In this document: in pieces, positions 37,818-50,445 of the stretch
Layout of the letters: every line of letters begins with the position of its first letter
How positions within the stretch are numbered: position 1 is the first letter of the stretch
NCBI GenBank assembly: GCA_964016885.1
Contig: OZ024743.1
Coordinates: 231,880,001-231,944,000, forward strand
Origin: Eledone cirrhosa
Lineage: Eukaryota
Length of the DNA stretch: 64,000 nucleotides
Direction of reading: 5' to 3'
Notes under the pieces: model-generated
Seen by the model: only the letters and a program-made list of their open reading frames with translations
Database searches by the model: none
Told to the model about the DNA's origin: nothing
Translations under genes and position numbers: made by a program

Positions 37818-40800
37818 CAGCTGCATTTATCTTGCTTTATGTTCATACGAGTTATCACCAAGTCACAACCAGTGACCTCAAGAGACAACAAGGTCCGCCA
37901 TGTTCAAGAAAGAACATACATACTCACACATGCATCTTTAGGTGTTTAGACTTGTGATGTACTTATATTGACAGAATCTTCCTGAGTATATGGGCAGTTC
38001 CCATTAGTACTATCTTTTGTATTTCTCCTATACGCGGGTTTCCTGGGATTTGCGATAAGTAATCATTAGGCCCCTTAGGTATCATTCCTAGAGCGCCTAC
38101 AACCACTGGTATTGTTTTAGTTCTCAATTTCCATATTTTTCCAATTTCTATCTCCAGGTCCTTATACTTGCTCAATTTTTCAAATGTTTTTATAGATACA
38201 TTCTTGTCTATTGGAACAGACATATCAATTAGCAGACATACCCTCTTTTAAAGACCTTCAATATTATATCAGGTCTATTTGCATCTATTTTTCTTTCTGT
38301 TTGGATGCTAAAGTTCCACAAGATTGAGATGTGATCTTTTTCAAGTATGGGAGGTGGTTGATGCTCCCACCAATTCTTTTGATGGGGCAGGTCAAAATGC
38401 TTACACATTATCCAATGTATGTATTGTGCAGCTCTGTCATGCCTGTTTAGGTATTCGGTTGGAGCTATAGGACAGCACATTGAAATTATATGGTCAATGA
38501 TCTCTGGTTGTTTTTTGCATACACGGCATAATGGGCTGCATCAATTTTTTATTATGTTGGCTTGGTAATTTTTTGTTGGCAGACACTGATCTTGTGCTGA
38601 TATAATCAGTCCTTCAGTCTCCGATTTCAGTCCAGAGGATGCCGACCACTGATGGGTTAAAGTTTTGTCAACATCAGGATTGTTAGCTTGTTCTGGGTAT
38701 TTTCCATACAGAAGCTTTTCTTGCCATTTCTTAGCCAGTTTCTGTAGCAGTTCTTTCTTTGCAGTTACTTTTACCTGCCTTGCTTTTTCTGTGTTTTCCA
38801 TTTCAGCAGTAAATGGGACTTCTGAAATGTGTAGTCCATTACTGTATCTTTGTGCATCTTTTGTAATGGAGTATGATCTTTTGATGCTTTCGTGTTTCAA
38901 AACGAGTTTGATCATCCAATCATGTGATTCCCTTAGATATGTAGATAATCCAATTGTTGCAGTTTTCAACGCAATGTCTAACTGGATTAACCCACGTTCT
39001 CCTTCTATCCTAGGGAGATATATTCTATCTGTATCTGCCTTAGGGTGATGTATTCTGTGCATGGTTCAGAATTTTCGAATTTTTGTATCGAGCCTACGGA
39101 TCTCTGTGCTTGACCAGTTGATGACATTGTAACTGTAGGTTACTACTGGTATGGCAAGCGTGTTTATGGCATCGATCCTATTCCTTGCATTCAATTCCGT
39201 TCTTAAGATTGCTCTTACTCTGCGGTAACATTCCTTCCTTATACTTTCCCTCATTGTCGAGTGCTTGATTCCGTCTCCTTCACAAACACCTAGATATTTG
39301 TAAGTTTCCTCTTGATCAATTTCTCTTATCACATTCCCCCGATCAAGATTAATGTCTGAACTTTTCAGCAGCTTTCCTCTGGTGAACGTTGCTTTGGCGC
39401 ATTTATCTAGTCAAAACTCCATTTTAATGTCATCACTGAACTGATCCACAGTGGATAATAGCCCTTGCAATTGTTCATCATTTTTTGCAAATAGTTTCAG
39501 CTCATCCATGTAGAACAAGTGATTAATGGTTTTGTCATAGACTTTATATCCATGTTTTGTCTCATTGGGCATTTTACTTAATGGTATAAGTGCGATGCAG
39601 AATAAAAGCTGTGATAAAGAGTCACCCTGAAAAATTCAACAATTAATATTAACTTCTCCAGCTTCCAGTGATTTTGTTTCACTATTCAAAAGGAGTGTCG
39701 TTTTCCATGTCTTCATACTGAATGACAAAAACCTCCTGACAACGGGAGATATTTTGAAAATCTCTAAACATTTTTCAATCCAACTGTGTAGCAAACTATC
39801 GAATGCTTTTTTATAATCTATCCAAGTAATTGATAGATTTTTGTGTCTATTATGACAATCTTCCAGTATCATTTTGTTAACCAAAAGCTGATCCTTACAG
39901 CCATATGAGCCTCATTTACACCCTTTCTGCTCAATGGGAAATAGGTCATTTGTTATCAGGTGGTCATATGTATATTCATTTAGGACTGATGTTAAAATGT
40001 TATACATTGTGGTCAAGCAAGTTATCGGTCTGTAATATGGTATTGTCTGTCTCATCATTCTTCGAAAGTAGGAATGTAATGCCATTAACTAGCCATGGTG
40101 GTATCTTTTCTGGCTCCTTAACTATTTCATTGTAAAGTTGGGCTAACAGCTCATGAGACTCTGTGAAGGCATTTATCCAAAAATTTTGTATTTTGTCTTT
40201 TCCTGGGGATTTCCATTTGCTGGTTTTTCTTAGAGCCAAACGCAACTGTTCAACTGTTATATTTTCCCATATTTGTTCTACAAGGTGAGCTGTATCTTTC
40301 ATTTGTCTGTCTATCCATGGGGCATGTATATTATGACCTTTTTCTTCGGCACAGATCTTTTCTCAGAATTCTTTCACTTCCTCCGTGGGTGGTATTGATT
40401 TAGCAGTTATTGTTGACTTACCAATTATTCTGTAGAAGTTTCTTTGGTTGTTTTTGAACATATTATTGTCCTTATAGAATCTAGATCGTTTTTCAAAGCG
40501 CCTTATACGAGCAGCTTTGGCCGACACTTTTTGCTTGATTATTTCTATCAGCATGTCTATGTCATTTGTTGATTTTATATTGTACTTTCTTTTCAATTTT
40601 CTAAGTTTAGTTTGTTTAACATGTTCAGCTACTTTATAGTTTGTTAAAATTTCAATGTCAGATCGGAGAAGGTTTATTTGGCGATTGATGTTCTCTTGCC
40701 AAGTAGATTTCTTGTGGGAATTCCTTTGTTTTTTCATCTTCACTCCACATAAGTGAGTGGTGACTTTAGCCGATGCATAATAGAGATGATTTAAATCAGT

Positions 40801-41770
40801 AATGTTTAGATTGTTTGTGATGATAATGTTTTTGAGAATTATGTTAGTCTTGTGTATTATCTTTTGGTTCTGTTTGGAGTTCTGGATCTTAGGGAGGGTG
40901 TCTCGTTCCCCCATGTCAGATTCTTTCATTTTCATCCATTCGATCATAATTTCATCCTTCAAGTTGGCAAGTTCATTCTCATTCATTTCGTTATCATTTA
41001 CGATCTCATTGTTTTCATTTGGAGTTTCAACTTGAGCATGCACTCCCTCCACTTTTTCGATCCTTTCTTTAATTTGTTCTGTTGTCAGTGATTCCGCCCC
41101 AACCCTGGGATTCGAAGTGTTACAATTTACCTCGTGGTCACTGACACATGTTTCATTTTCCCTCCGCTGACTTTGTGCTAGTAGCTTGATCTGATCAATT
41201 TCTATATCAGTTAGTAACATTTTTTTTACAATATTTCTTCGTATATTGGCTAGTTTGTTACTGTCAATATACCCTCTGTTTTCGGGATGTTTCTTTTTCC
41301 AGTTGATATATGTCTGTTCTGTATTCGATGTATTTGATGGGTAGTACATGGCAGTGTAGAAAGCCTCAAGGACTTCTTTATTATCTTCCCTTGACCATTT
41401 TTCTCTCTTTTTCTTTGGATTTCTTGGTGGTGAGCATGGAGGGCCAACAGTAGGAGTATTCCGGTTATAGGAGGTCTCCAGCTCCGAAGTGATGGGAAGG
41501 TTTGAACCATTAGCTGATTTTTCGACCCCAGTCTGGTTCCTCTTTGAGGGACACGGCCTTTTTTGACCCGGGTGACGTCCGATCCGGTATGAGATTTTAT
41601 CATTAGACATTTACTTTATTTTGTCGCGTTTTATCCTTATACACCAAGGGTAATCATTTCGTGTTACCACTTCTAGGACGAGTGTCAACCAAGACTAGAG
41701 GGGTCGTCCTCCCCTAGAGACACGGCTATTCCCGCCGGCCGCCATCCCGGTATTTCTTGGTCACGGGGTT
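37818..41770 (-). mobile_element. Full-length-like RLE non-LTR retrotransposon, family A (R4/Dong-like), decayed
   Basis: Single fragmented ORF from 41610 to 37963: N-terminal REKWSREDN, WKSPGKD, WIDYKKAFDS, GLIQL, SETEGLIISAQDQ, RHD, RPDI, EK.SKY.DL. 3' end abuts (TAA)n. Confidence 0.88.
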
Positions 41771-41789
41771 TTCTTTTTTGTTGTATTTT

Positions 41790-42749
41790 TAAATTGTTAT
41801 TATCATGAGTCGTTCCTTAATGTGAGCATTGCGTGGCTTAAGAATGAAATTATTAATAATATAATATACTTTTTGCTGAAGTTGCCTGTTATTGTTGTTG
41901 GCTATGTCGGTGGTGGTGCTGGGGCTTTTTCTATTGTTGGTGGGGAAGGGGTAGCCAGCAGTGCCATAGTCGTTTTACGTTTGGCCGGTGGCCGGGTCAC
42001 TAAGTCAATCTATTTATATCTTTTGATAGCCTCTCCCATGTCTAGTGATACCGCCACCTTCTCCTTTCTTAAGTTAACAGAAGGTAATGGGGGAACAGTG
42101 GTGGTAGCAATGAAGGAGTGGTGGCGGCGTTGATTGGATAGTGGTCACAATGATGGATGGAGTGGTGGCGGCGGTGACTATAGTGATGGCGTTGTCGTTA
42201 CTGAGTTTTGTTGAATAGACTGTAGTTTTGTTTGATCTGTGTATCTATGCGTTTGTCGCGTGTGTTTAATATATGTGTTGACATATTTTAATTAATATTG
42301 GAATTAAACATTTTGTGAAAACTTGAGACAATAATAATAGTAGTAATTATTATTATTATGCTGGGATTGGTGGTGGTGGTGGTGAAATTGCCGTTATCTG
42401 GCTGTTGTATTTAGTGTACACAGAGGGGTGATGGGGTAGGTGGTGTATCTAGTTTCTGGTGTTGTGGAAATTGCTGTTATTTGGCTGTTCTATATAGTGT
42501 AGACAGAGAGGGTTTTCTTCCATTTATAACCATTTTCTTTTTTGAATATAAAATGTATAATACAAAATTGAATATTTGAGCGATATAACACTATATTATG
42601 GATCCGAATTTTCTGAGACCTGAGTCCGGTGTTTTATGCATCATTTGTACTAAGAATTGTTATTTCACAATTGATTTAAATATGTTAAAAATCAAAAACT
42701 TACGGGAGCGATTTCATGACCTTATAACCACCACGTGCGTCTTCTTTCC
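41790..42749 (-). mobile_element. ~1-kb Tx1-like 5' segment (UTR plus decayed ORF1-like start), copy 1
   Basis: Homologous to 48890-49916. Layout (short GC-rich start, AT-rich UTR, aaaATGG, Thr/Pro-rich coding) resembles the Tx1 5' ends at 51945 and 62060. Begins at (TAA)n. Confidence 0.5.
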
Positions 42750-42763
42750 TTATTATTATTATT

Positions 42764-45213
42764 CCCACGGGTAGAGGGATGGACTTTAGTGTCTACCTCA
42801 ACGGACTGCCGCGGCTCTCGGCCACTGAGGCGAAGTGTTGCGAAAAGCCGATAACAGCCGCTGAAGTAAGGGAGGCAATGACTGGCTGCACAAGGGGTAA
42901 ATCGCCTGGTTTGGATGGTCTGCCCTATGAACTTTACGTACAGATGCCAGACTTGTTCGGAGGCCTCTTGGCGGACGTCTACTGCAACTGGCAACAGAAC
43001 GGGAGAATTCCCAGTTCTGTGAGCCGAGGAGCGGTGGCACTGCTGAGAAAGGATCCGAACAAGGGGGATAACATAGAAAATTTCCGGCCCATAACTCTGC
43101 TAAACACAGAGTTTAAGATTTTGGCCAAGGTGCTAGCAAAGAGGTTGGCGCTTGTCGTTGGTGGTCTGGTGGGAGAGGCGCAGACATGCGCCATTCCCGA
43201 CAGATCCATCCACGACAACCTCCACCTCATGCGATACATCGTAGAGAGGGTAGCTAGGGAACCTGGCACGGGTGGGTCCTTGATCAATTTAGATCAGTCG
43301 AAAGCTTTCGATAAGGTCGACCATCGTTACCTAGCGGCAGTCCTGAGGGCAGCTGGCTTTGGGCCCGTCTTCAGAGGCTGGATCGCTGCCATGCACAGCG
43401 ACATCTGCTCTGTGGTGAGAGTGAACGGTCACCTGTCGGAACCGTTCAACATCATGCGCTCGGTCCGCCAAGGATGTCCCCTCTCGTCCCTCTTGTACGT
43501 ATTGACTCTCGAGCCATTACTGCACAAACTGGAGACGTTGAGGGGAGTCCCGCGCGAACTAGGATGCGGAAGATCCGTGTCAGCATATGCGGACGATGTC
43601 ACCGTAGTGGTGTCGAACGCCAAACACATCGAGGCGATCGGCACTACACTAAGAGAATACGAAGCGGTGACAGGAGCAATGATCAACCAGGAAAAGTCAG
43701 TGGGCCTGCAGCTCGGCACCTGGAGAGGCAGGTCCATGCCGTCCAACAGCGTCGTCGGGCGCTGGACGGACGGACCGGTTAAATTGCTAGGGGTCTGGTT
43801 CGGTCCGGACCTCCAGACGGACAAAAACTGGGACGAGGTGACGAGCAGGGTGGCTTCTCTCACCCAGAAATGGGCGGAGAGGAAGCTATTCCTGAAAGGT
43901 CGAGCGGAGGTGGCTAACGCGTACATCGCGTCTGTCATCTGCTACCGCCTAACCGTCGTACCTTGTCCTAAGCCTCGCCTGACTGCGCTGGAGCGTTTGC
44001 TCTTTCGCTTTTTGTGGAAGGGACGTGCTCCGATGGTCAGGCGGTCCATCTGTTGTCAACACCCGCTACGTGGAGGGCTGGGCATGCCGTGGCTGATGAT
44101 GCGCAGGCACGCGCTCAGGCTACGACATCTCCACCTCTTCCTCGACGGTGATCAGGTGTGGTCGCCGTTTGCTAGACGCGTTTTTCCCCAGCTCGTTTCC
44201 TTGACGGAGCTGCAGTCCTGGGTCAAGCGAAGACCGAGAGGGAGCGCCTGGAGACTGGAATGTCTTCAGGCGCTCACAGCCCTCGACCAATCGGGCAATG
44301 TGATCGGTGGAAACTCCAGCTCGGCGTTTTATAGAGGATTAGTGGAGGGGAAGAGCGACGACGTACTTGGGGAAACTCTAGGCGTCGACGAAAATCAACT
44401 AGCCAATCTCTTCGGAAGAACTTTCGGGCCAGGGCCTATGGACAACTTCCAGAAATCTCTGGCCTGGCAGTGCTACCGAGGAGCCTTGCCAGTTCGGGAT
44501 AAACTCTACAGGCATGGAGGTGCCGTCAGCCGGGCATGTCCGAGATGCGCGCAGGGCGACGAAACCGTCCTGCACGCACTCGTCCAGTGTCCGAAAATTG
44601 CTGACTTGTGGGTTTATGTCGAACACCTGCTGTCGCGTTTAGGACGGATCCAGCTATCATCTGAGTCCATCGTGAGGATTGCCCCGCCCTCCTCCTTTAG
44701 CCGGGAAGGGCAGGCAGTTTTTATCTGTCTGGTGGCCATGGCGAAAGAGATAGTATGGTGGACACGTTTGAAACGGCTGAAGACGAGCACTTACCTCTTC
44801 GGTGATGCCCTGATTAACTTTTTCAAATTTCATCTGAAAAGGAAAATCAGGGTAGAGAGGGAAGTGCTCTCTTCCCAGCATTTTGTTGAAAGATGGGTGA
44901 GAGAAGCAAGAATGGCCCGAGTGAATGGGCCTACTCTGAGTATATATCTGTAAATTAAAGGTGGAAAACTGGGAGAGGGCACTTGCCTTGGTGGTCAGGG
45001 TCATTGTGGCTTTTTACTGGGCTTTCTCCACAAATGTCCCTCCGAAGTCTCCCCCCTATTGGGGAATTTTTCATTGTTATTTTCATTGTTATTTATTGTT
45101 ACATCCTCTGTTTTTGTTTTTTACACGCAGAAATGCCCATTTGTACCGTCCTGCATTGTCCTGCACTGTCCTTAATGTCTACTTTATGTAAACCCTTGTG
45201 GTTAATAAAGAAA
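42764..45213 (+). mobile_element. 5'-truncated Tx1-clade LINE in (TTA)n
   Basis: RT ORF plus 3'UTR ending ttaataaagaaa; (TTA)n on both sides. Confidence 0.92.
42779..44953 (+). CDS. Tx1-like ORF2, uninterrupted RT to C-terminal Zn finger (APE lost by 5' truncation)
   Basis: 724 aa: SPGLDGLPYE, FRPITLLN, LDQSKAFDKVDH, RQGCPLS, AYADD, GGLGMP, CPRC...ETVLHALVQC. Confidence 0.9.
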   Translation: MDFSVYLNGLPRLSATEAKCCEKPITAAEVREAMTGCTRGKSPGLDGLPYELYVQMPDLFGGLLADVYCNWQQNGRIPSSVSRGAVALLRKDPNKGDNIENFRPITLLNTEFKILAKVLAKRLALVVGGLVGEAQTCAIPDRSIHDNLHLMRYIVERVAREPGTGGSLINLDQSKAFDKVDHRYLAAVLRAAGFGPVFRGWIAAMHSDICSVVRVNGHLSEPFNIMRSVRQGCPLSSLLYVLTLEPLLHKLETLRGVPRELGCGRSVSAYADDVTVVVSNAKHIEAIGTTLREYEAVTGAMINQEKSVGLQLGTWRGRSMPSNSVVGRWTDGPVKLLGVWFGPDLQTDKNWDEVTSRVASLTQKWAERKLFLKGRAEVANAYIASVICYRLTVVPCPKPRLTALERLLFRFLWKGRAPMVRRSICCQHPLRGGLGMPWLMMRRHALRLRHLHLFLDGDQVWSPFARRVFPQLVSLTELQSWVKRRPRGSAWRLECLQALTALDQSGNVIGGNSSSAFYRGLVEGKSDDVLGETLGVDENQLANLFGRTFGPGPMDNFQKSLAWQCYRGALPVRDKLYRHGGAVSRACPRCAQGDETVLHALVQCPKIADLWVYVEHLLSRLGRIQLSSESIVRIAPPSSFSREGQAVFICLVAMAKEIVWWTRLKRLKTSTYLFGDALINFFKFHLKRKIRVEREVLSSQHFVERWVREARMARVNGPTLSIYL

Positions 45214-45287
45214 TCATTATTATTATTATTATGATTATTATTATTATTATTATTATTATTATTGTTATTATTATTATTATTATTATT

Positions 45288-48200
45288 CCTTGAATCTCAG
45301 TCATTGATGTTGGTTAACTGGAAAGTCCGTTGGAATGAATATCAAGCCACTACCTGCAGCCTCAGATATTCAGGACGTATCGGAGGGTTCTTGCTGTTCC
45401 CAGCAAGCATGCCTTTTGAAGCGTTCCAAAAAGCGTGAAGGGGCCGATTTTCTTAAACCATCCCTGGAAACTTTTGGAGATAGTCCCCAGTGCTCGTATG
45501 ACAATCGGGATCACTTTGACTTCATGGCAGTTCCAAATCCTTTTTACCTCCCACTTTAAGTCCTGGTATCGGTTAATGTTCTCCCTCTCCTTCTCTTGCA
45601 CTCTCGTGTCGAAAAGGCAGGCCACATCCACAATCAGACACGATCTTTTTTCTTTGTCCACAACCACCAGGTCAGGTCTATTGTGTTCCAGTTTCTTGTC
45701 CGTCTGTATCCTAAAATCCCACAGCACCTTCACCTGATCGTTTTCTATCACCGCCTCTGGCTTATGCTCATACCACTTCTCAGAATGTGGTAAGTTGTTT
45801 ACTTTGCATAGGTGCCAGTGGATCACCCTGCCCATCACATCATGTCTCCAGCCCTTATAGTGGGTCTGGGCTAGGTGTTTACACTCGGATACAATGTGAG
45901 CCACAGTCTCCTCTCTCTCTCCACAGATCCTGCACAGTGGGCTAGCCTCCTCCTTGTAAACATGGTGTTTCAACCACTTCGTTTTGAGGGCCTGCTCCTG
46001 CGCAGCCACTAACATTCCTTCTGTAGCCTTTTTGAGGTCTCCTCTTCTCAACCAGTTCCATGTCTGTGGATCTCTAAATTCAGTTTTCTCAAAGAAGGTA
46101 CTATTAAGGGGTTTTCCCTGAAGGCTGCTCTTTCTCCTTGATGTTATTTCCTCCTTGGACATCCCCTGGCCTATTGTCCGCTCCTTCAGTACAGTTCTGA
46201 GCATTGGCTCCTTACTATCAGTCACGTATTTGTATAGGTTGTTTTTCTCCATCTGAACACAGTCCTCTATGCTGATAAGACCTCTTCCACCCTCAGATCT
46301 CCTTAGGTAGAGTCTATCGACATCACTCCTCTTGTGGAACATGTTGTAGATAGTCAATAGCTTCCTAGTCTTCCTATCCATTTCTTTTTGTTCAGCAACA
46401 TTCCATCTCAGAATTCCCGCACTGTACCTAATAATAGACACAGCTCGGGAATTTACTGCGCTTATGGCATTTCTGCTGTTCAGATGTGACTTCAATACGC
46501 TCCTTACACTCCGAATGTATTCAGTTCTTAACAATTCCTTCATTTTTTTGTTCTTTATGCCATCAGCCTCTAGAACGACCAAATACTTGTATCCTTCCTC
46601 AGAGTCAATTTCCTTTATCATCTCACCTGTTGGTATCTGGATTCCGTTACTTCTGCTCAACCTACCCCTCCTCATCACAATGACTCCACACTTACTAATA
46701 CCAAACTGCATACATATATCACTGCTGAAAATACGGGCAGTGTCAACAAGCACATCCAACTCCTTCTCACTCTTCCCGAAGAGCTTAAGATTGTCCATGA
46801 AGAGGAGGTGATTGATGGTAAGATCTCCCTTTCCCAACTTGTATCCTGCTCTCACTTTTCTCAGCATAATGGTCAGGGGTATCAGGGCAAGGACAAACAA
46901 CAGAGGGGACAGGCTATCTCCCTGGAAGATACCTCTCTTGATCTTCACGCTTCCCAAGGATTCTCCATTTGATGTCAACTCTGTCTCCCAGGAACTCATA
47001 CCCCTGCCCAGCAACTGTCTGATGTTATCTGCCACCTTGAAGATCTCCAGGCTTTTGGTGATCCAAGAATGAGGCACCATGTCAAATGCCTTTCTGTAGT
47101 CTATTCATCCCATGGCAAGATCAGTGATGTCTCCTCCTGCAATTACCCATTACCATCTTATCAATAAGTAACTGGTCCTTTGTACCACGTGACTTCTTTC
47201 GACATCCTTTCTGTTCGTCCGGTAACAAGTTGTTTGTGTGGAGGTGATGGTAGATTTCCTCAGACACAATGCTCGTCAACAGTTTCCACATTACGGACAG
47301 ACATGTGATAGGTCTATAGTTGGTAACATCATTACCCTTGATTCGGTCTTTCATTATCAGAACTGTGGTACCTTTTGTCAACCACTCTGGTACCTCCCCG
47401 ACATCAAGCAGTCATTGAACATGGCTGTCAGTTTCGGGTGGAGGGATGTTAAATTTTTAATCCAATACCCCTGCACACCATCTGGGCCTGGTGATTTCCA
47501 GTTGGTTAGTTTTTTGGCTGCCCCTTAAGAGTTTCAACTGTGATACTCAAATCAGTTTGTTGGTGTGCCTGCTCACCGATCTCCCTCTGTACTGTCTCAA
47601 TCCACCCTGCCTGGTCATGATGTCTAACATCCTGCTCCCATATTCCTCTCCAGAATGTTTTAGTTTGTTCCGCCTCAGAGATCAAGTCGTTGCCTCTTTC
47701 TTTCCCCTCAAGCTGTCCAAACAGCATCTACTGGTTGTTGTCGAACATGCGGTTCTGTTTATACTGACTGACTCTGTTCTCGTATCGCCTGATTTTTGCA
47801 CTCTTTGCTACAATGCGTTGCTTCAGTTCCTCTATGATATTATTTAGCTTTTTTCTCCTATTTTTGAACTTTATTTCCAGTCTATTTTTAGTGCCTATGT
47901 TTTTTAGTGTCCCATTCAGTAGTGACTCAAGCTTTCCAATGTCATTTCTCATTTCCCTGATTTGACCACTCAGTCGTTTCTTCCACCAAGGCTCTGCTCT
48001 TTCTTTTCTGTTGTTTCCTCTCGCTTTTATACCAAGTAGTTTCCTCACCGTATTTGCTGTTGCTTTGATTATATTGTTGCACTGGTGAAGGCTCCTCGCT
48101 CAAGGTATGGGATGACTTTGTTTACCTTAGTTATTGTTTCTTTTAACTTTTTCCTGTCTACAAATCTTAGGTTCATAGGTCTCCCACTATCATTGTTCAA

Positions 48201-48886
48201 TTTATCTACCACTAAATTTAGTATGTCAACCGAATCTTGTCCTAGCCCGTCAGCATTCATCTCCTCAGTGGCCGTAACTCTGTTCCAGGTATTATTTATC
48301 TCAGTATTCAGATCATTGTCTGCTTCGGGTGGTTCCTCCGTTCTCTCGACCTCTTGACCTTCATTTCCCACTGGCTCGTTTGCCTGGCATACTCCACCCT
48401 CCATCTCCAAGCTAATCTCTCTGCTCAGTTCCTCCAGTTCCAGCTCGCTTATCCACCCATTAGTTCTTATTACCCGAGCCTGCCCGGCCAATTTTTGTTC
48501 ATCTAATTTAAATAGACCAATCTCGTTCCAGATGTTATGCATCCGTCTCCTTTAGCCCCTCTCCTTGGGGTTACTTTTCAGGTAACATTGCATAACAGTT
48601 CTATTCAATTCTTTCGTCCAGTTGGTTCTGGTCCCTTTCCTTCTTCTTCTTCCTCCGACACCAGCAGTATTCGGTTGACAGCCAGGTTCCTGCTGCTGAG
48701 CCAGGGAGCACCTGTTGGGTGAGAGTCTGTCACATGACGTTCTAGTCTCCATTTCACCGTTATTCGAACCGTTTAGGTTCGATATTTAAACACTCTTATC
48801 GAGGATTGGCGAATGTATGGTTACATAGCCATCTGTGGATTCACCGTCTCCGGTGGTTGCGCCGCTCCACTTGGCTCTTGTGTGGC
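45288..48886 (-). mobile_element. Full-length-like RLE non-LTR retrotransposon, family B (R4/Dong-like)
   Basis: ORF pieces from 48752 to 45362: [59 protein letters not shown]. 3' end at (TAA)n. Confidence 0.9.
45362..47080 (-). pseudogene. Family B RT C-terminus, CCHC finger and restriction-like endonuclease
   Basis: 572 aa open, but the catalytic motif reads FMDN where the paralogs have FMDD; upstream stops. Confidence 0.85.
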
Positions 48887-48889
48887 ATT

Positions 48890-49915
48890 ATCACCAAGCT
48901 GTAGACGAACACAAATAAACAAACAAACACACAGGCAGAAAAAAAACCCAAAAATGAATAAGCATAAGTTTCATTTTAATGTAGTGTTCGAATGTCTGAC
49001 TTAGCTTTTCCCTTCTCTTCTCTGTCCGTCCGCTTGTTTCTCTCTTCATTCTTATTTTCTTTACGTTTTTTTTGTTTTTTTGTTTTTGTTTTTCTCTGTT
49101 TGTTTTTCTCTTTTTTTGCTGTTGTTGCTGTGCTGCTTTGGTTTTGATGTTTGTTTTTTTCTTTTTTCTTTTGAGTCTATCTATATATTTTGATGCCTTC
49201 CTCTTTTTTAGTAGGAATTCTATAATGTGGTGGCAGCAACTAGCAGGAAGCAATGGGAGAGAATAGCGGCGGTAGCGATACTGAGACAGTGGTTGTGATG
49301 ATGTCGATACCGAGGCAGTGGTGGTGATGATGCGGTCGTATTACTCTAGTGATGGTGTTGTAGCGGTGGTAGCAATGAAGGACTGATGTCCGTTCGGTGA
49401 ATCTATAGGGTTAGTCGCGTATATGTGTTGACCTAAATTCCCTTAATGTTGGGATTAAACATTTTGTTAAAACTTGGGACAATAATAATAGTATTTATTA
49501 TTATCATTATTATGTTGAGATTGGTTGTGGTGGTGGTGAAATTGCCGTTATCTGGCTGTTGTGTTTAGTGTACACAGAGAGGTGATGGGGTAGGTGGTGT
49601 ATCTAGTTTCTGGTGTTGGTGAGATTGGTGTTGTTTGGCTGTTCTATATAGTGTAGACAGAGGAGGGGGGGTTCTTCTTCCATTTATAGCCATTTTCTTT
49701 TTTGAATATACAATGTACAATACAAAGTTAAATATTTGAATATTTGAGCCTTATAACAATATATTTTGGGTCCGAATTTTTTTGGGGCTCAAGCCGGATG
49801 GTTTACGTAGCAGTTGTACTAAGAGTTGTTATTTCACAAATGATTTAAATATGTTAAAAATTCAAAACTTACGGGAGCGATTTCATGACCTTCTACCACC
49901 TCGTGCGTCTTCTTC

Positions 49916-49916
<1 letters not shown>
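48890..49916 (-). mobile_element. ~1-kb Tx1-like 5' segment, copy 2
   Basis: Shares acttacgggagcgatttcatgacc...gtgcgtcttct and about 600 bp with 41790-42749; begins at (TAA)n. Confidence 0.5.
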
Positions 49917-49947
<31 letters not shown>

Positions 49948-49956
49948 TTATTATTA

Positions 49957-50411
49957 CAGTTGCATTTATCTTGCTTTATGTTCATACGAGTTATCACCAA
50001 GTCACAACCAGTGACCTCAAGAGACAACAAGGTCCGCCATGTTCAAGAAAGAACATACATATTCACACATGCATCTTTAGTGTTTAGACTTGTGATGTAC
50101 TTATATTGACAGAATCTTCCTCAGTATATGGGCAGTTCCCATTAGTACTATCTTTTGTATTTCTCCTATACGCGAGTTTCCTGGGATTTGCGATAAGTAA
50201 TCATTAGACCCCTTAGGTATCATTCCCAGAGCACCTACAACCACTGGTATTGTTTTAGTTCTCAATTTCCAGATTTTTCCAATTTCTATCTCCAGGTCCT
50301 TATACTTGCTCAATTTTTCAAATGTTTTTATAGATACATTCTTGTCTATTGGAACAGACATATCAATTAGCAGGCATACCCTCTTTTTTTTTTCTTTTGA
50401 AAGTCCTTAAA
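49957..50411 (-). mobile_element. 5'-truncated RLE family A copy
   Basis: Near-identical to 37818-38262; (TTA)n on both sides. Confidence 0.9.
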
Positions 50412-50445
50412 TATTATTATTATTATTATTATTATTGTTATTATT

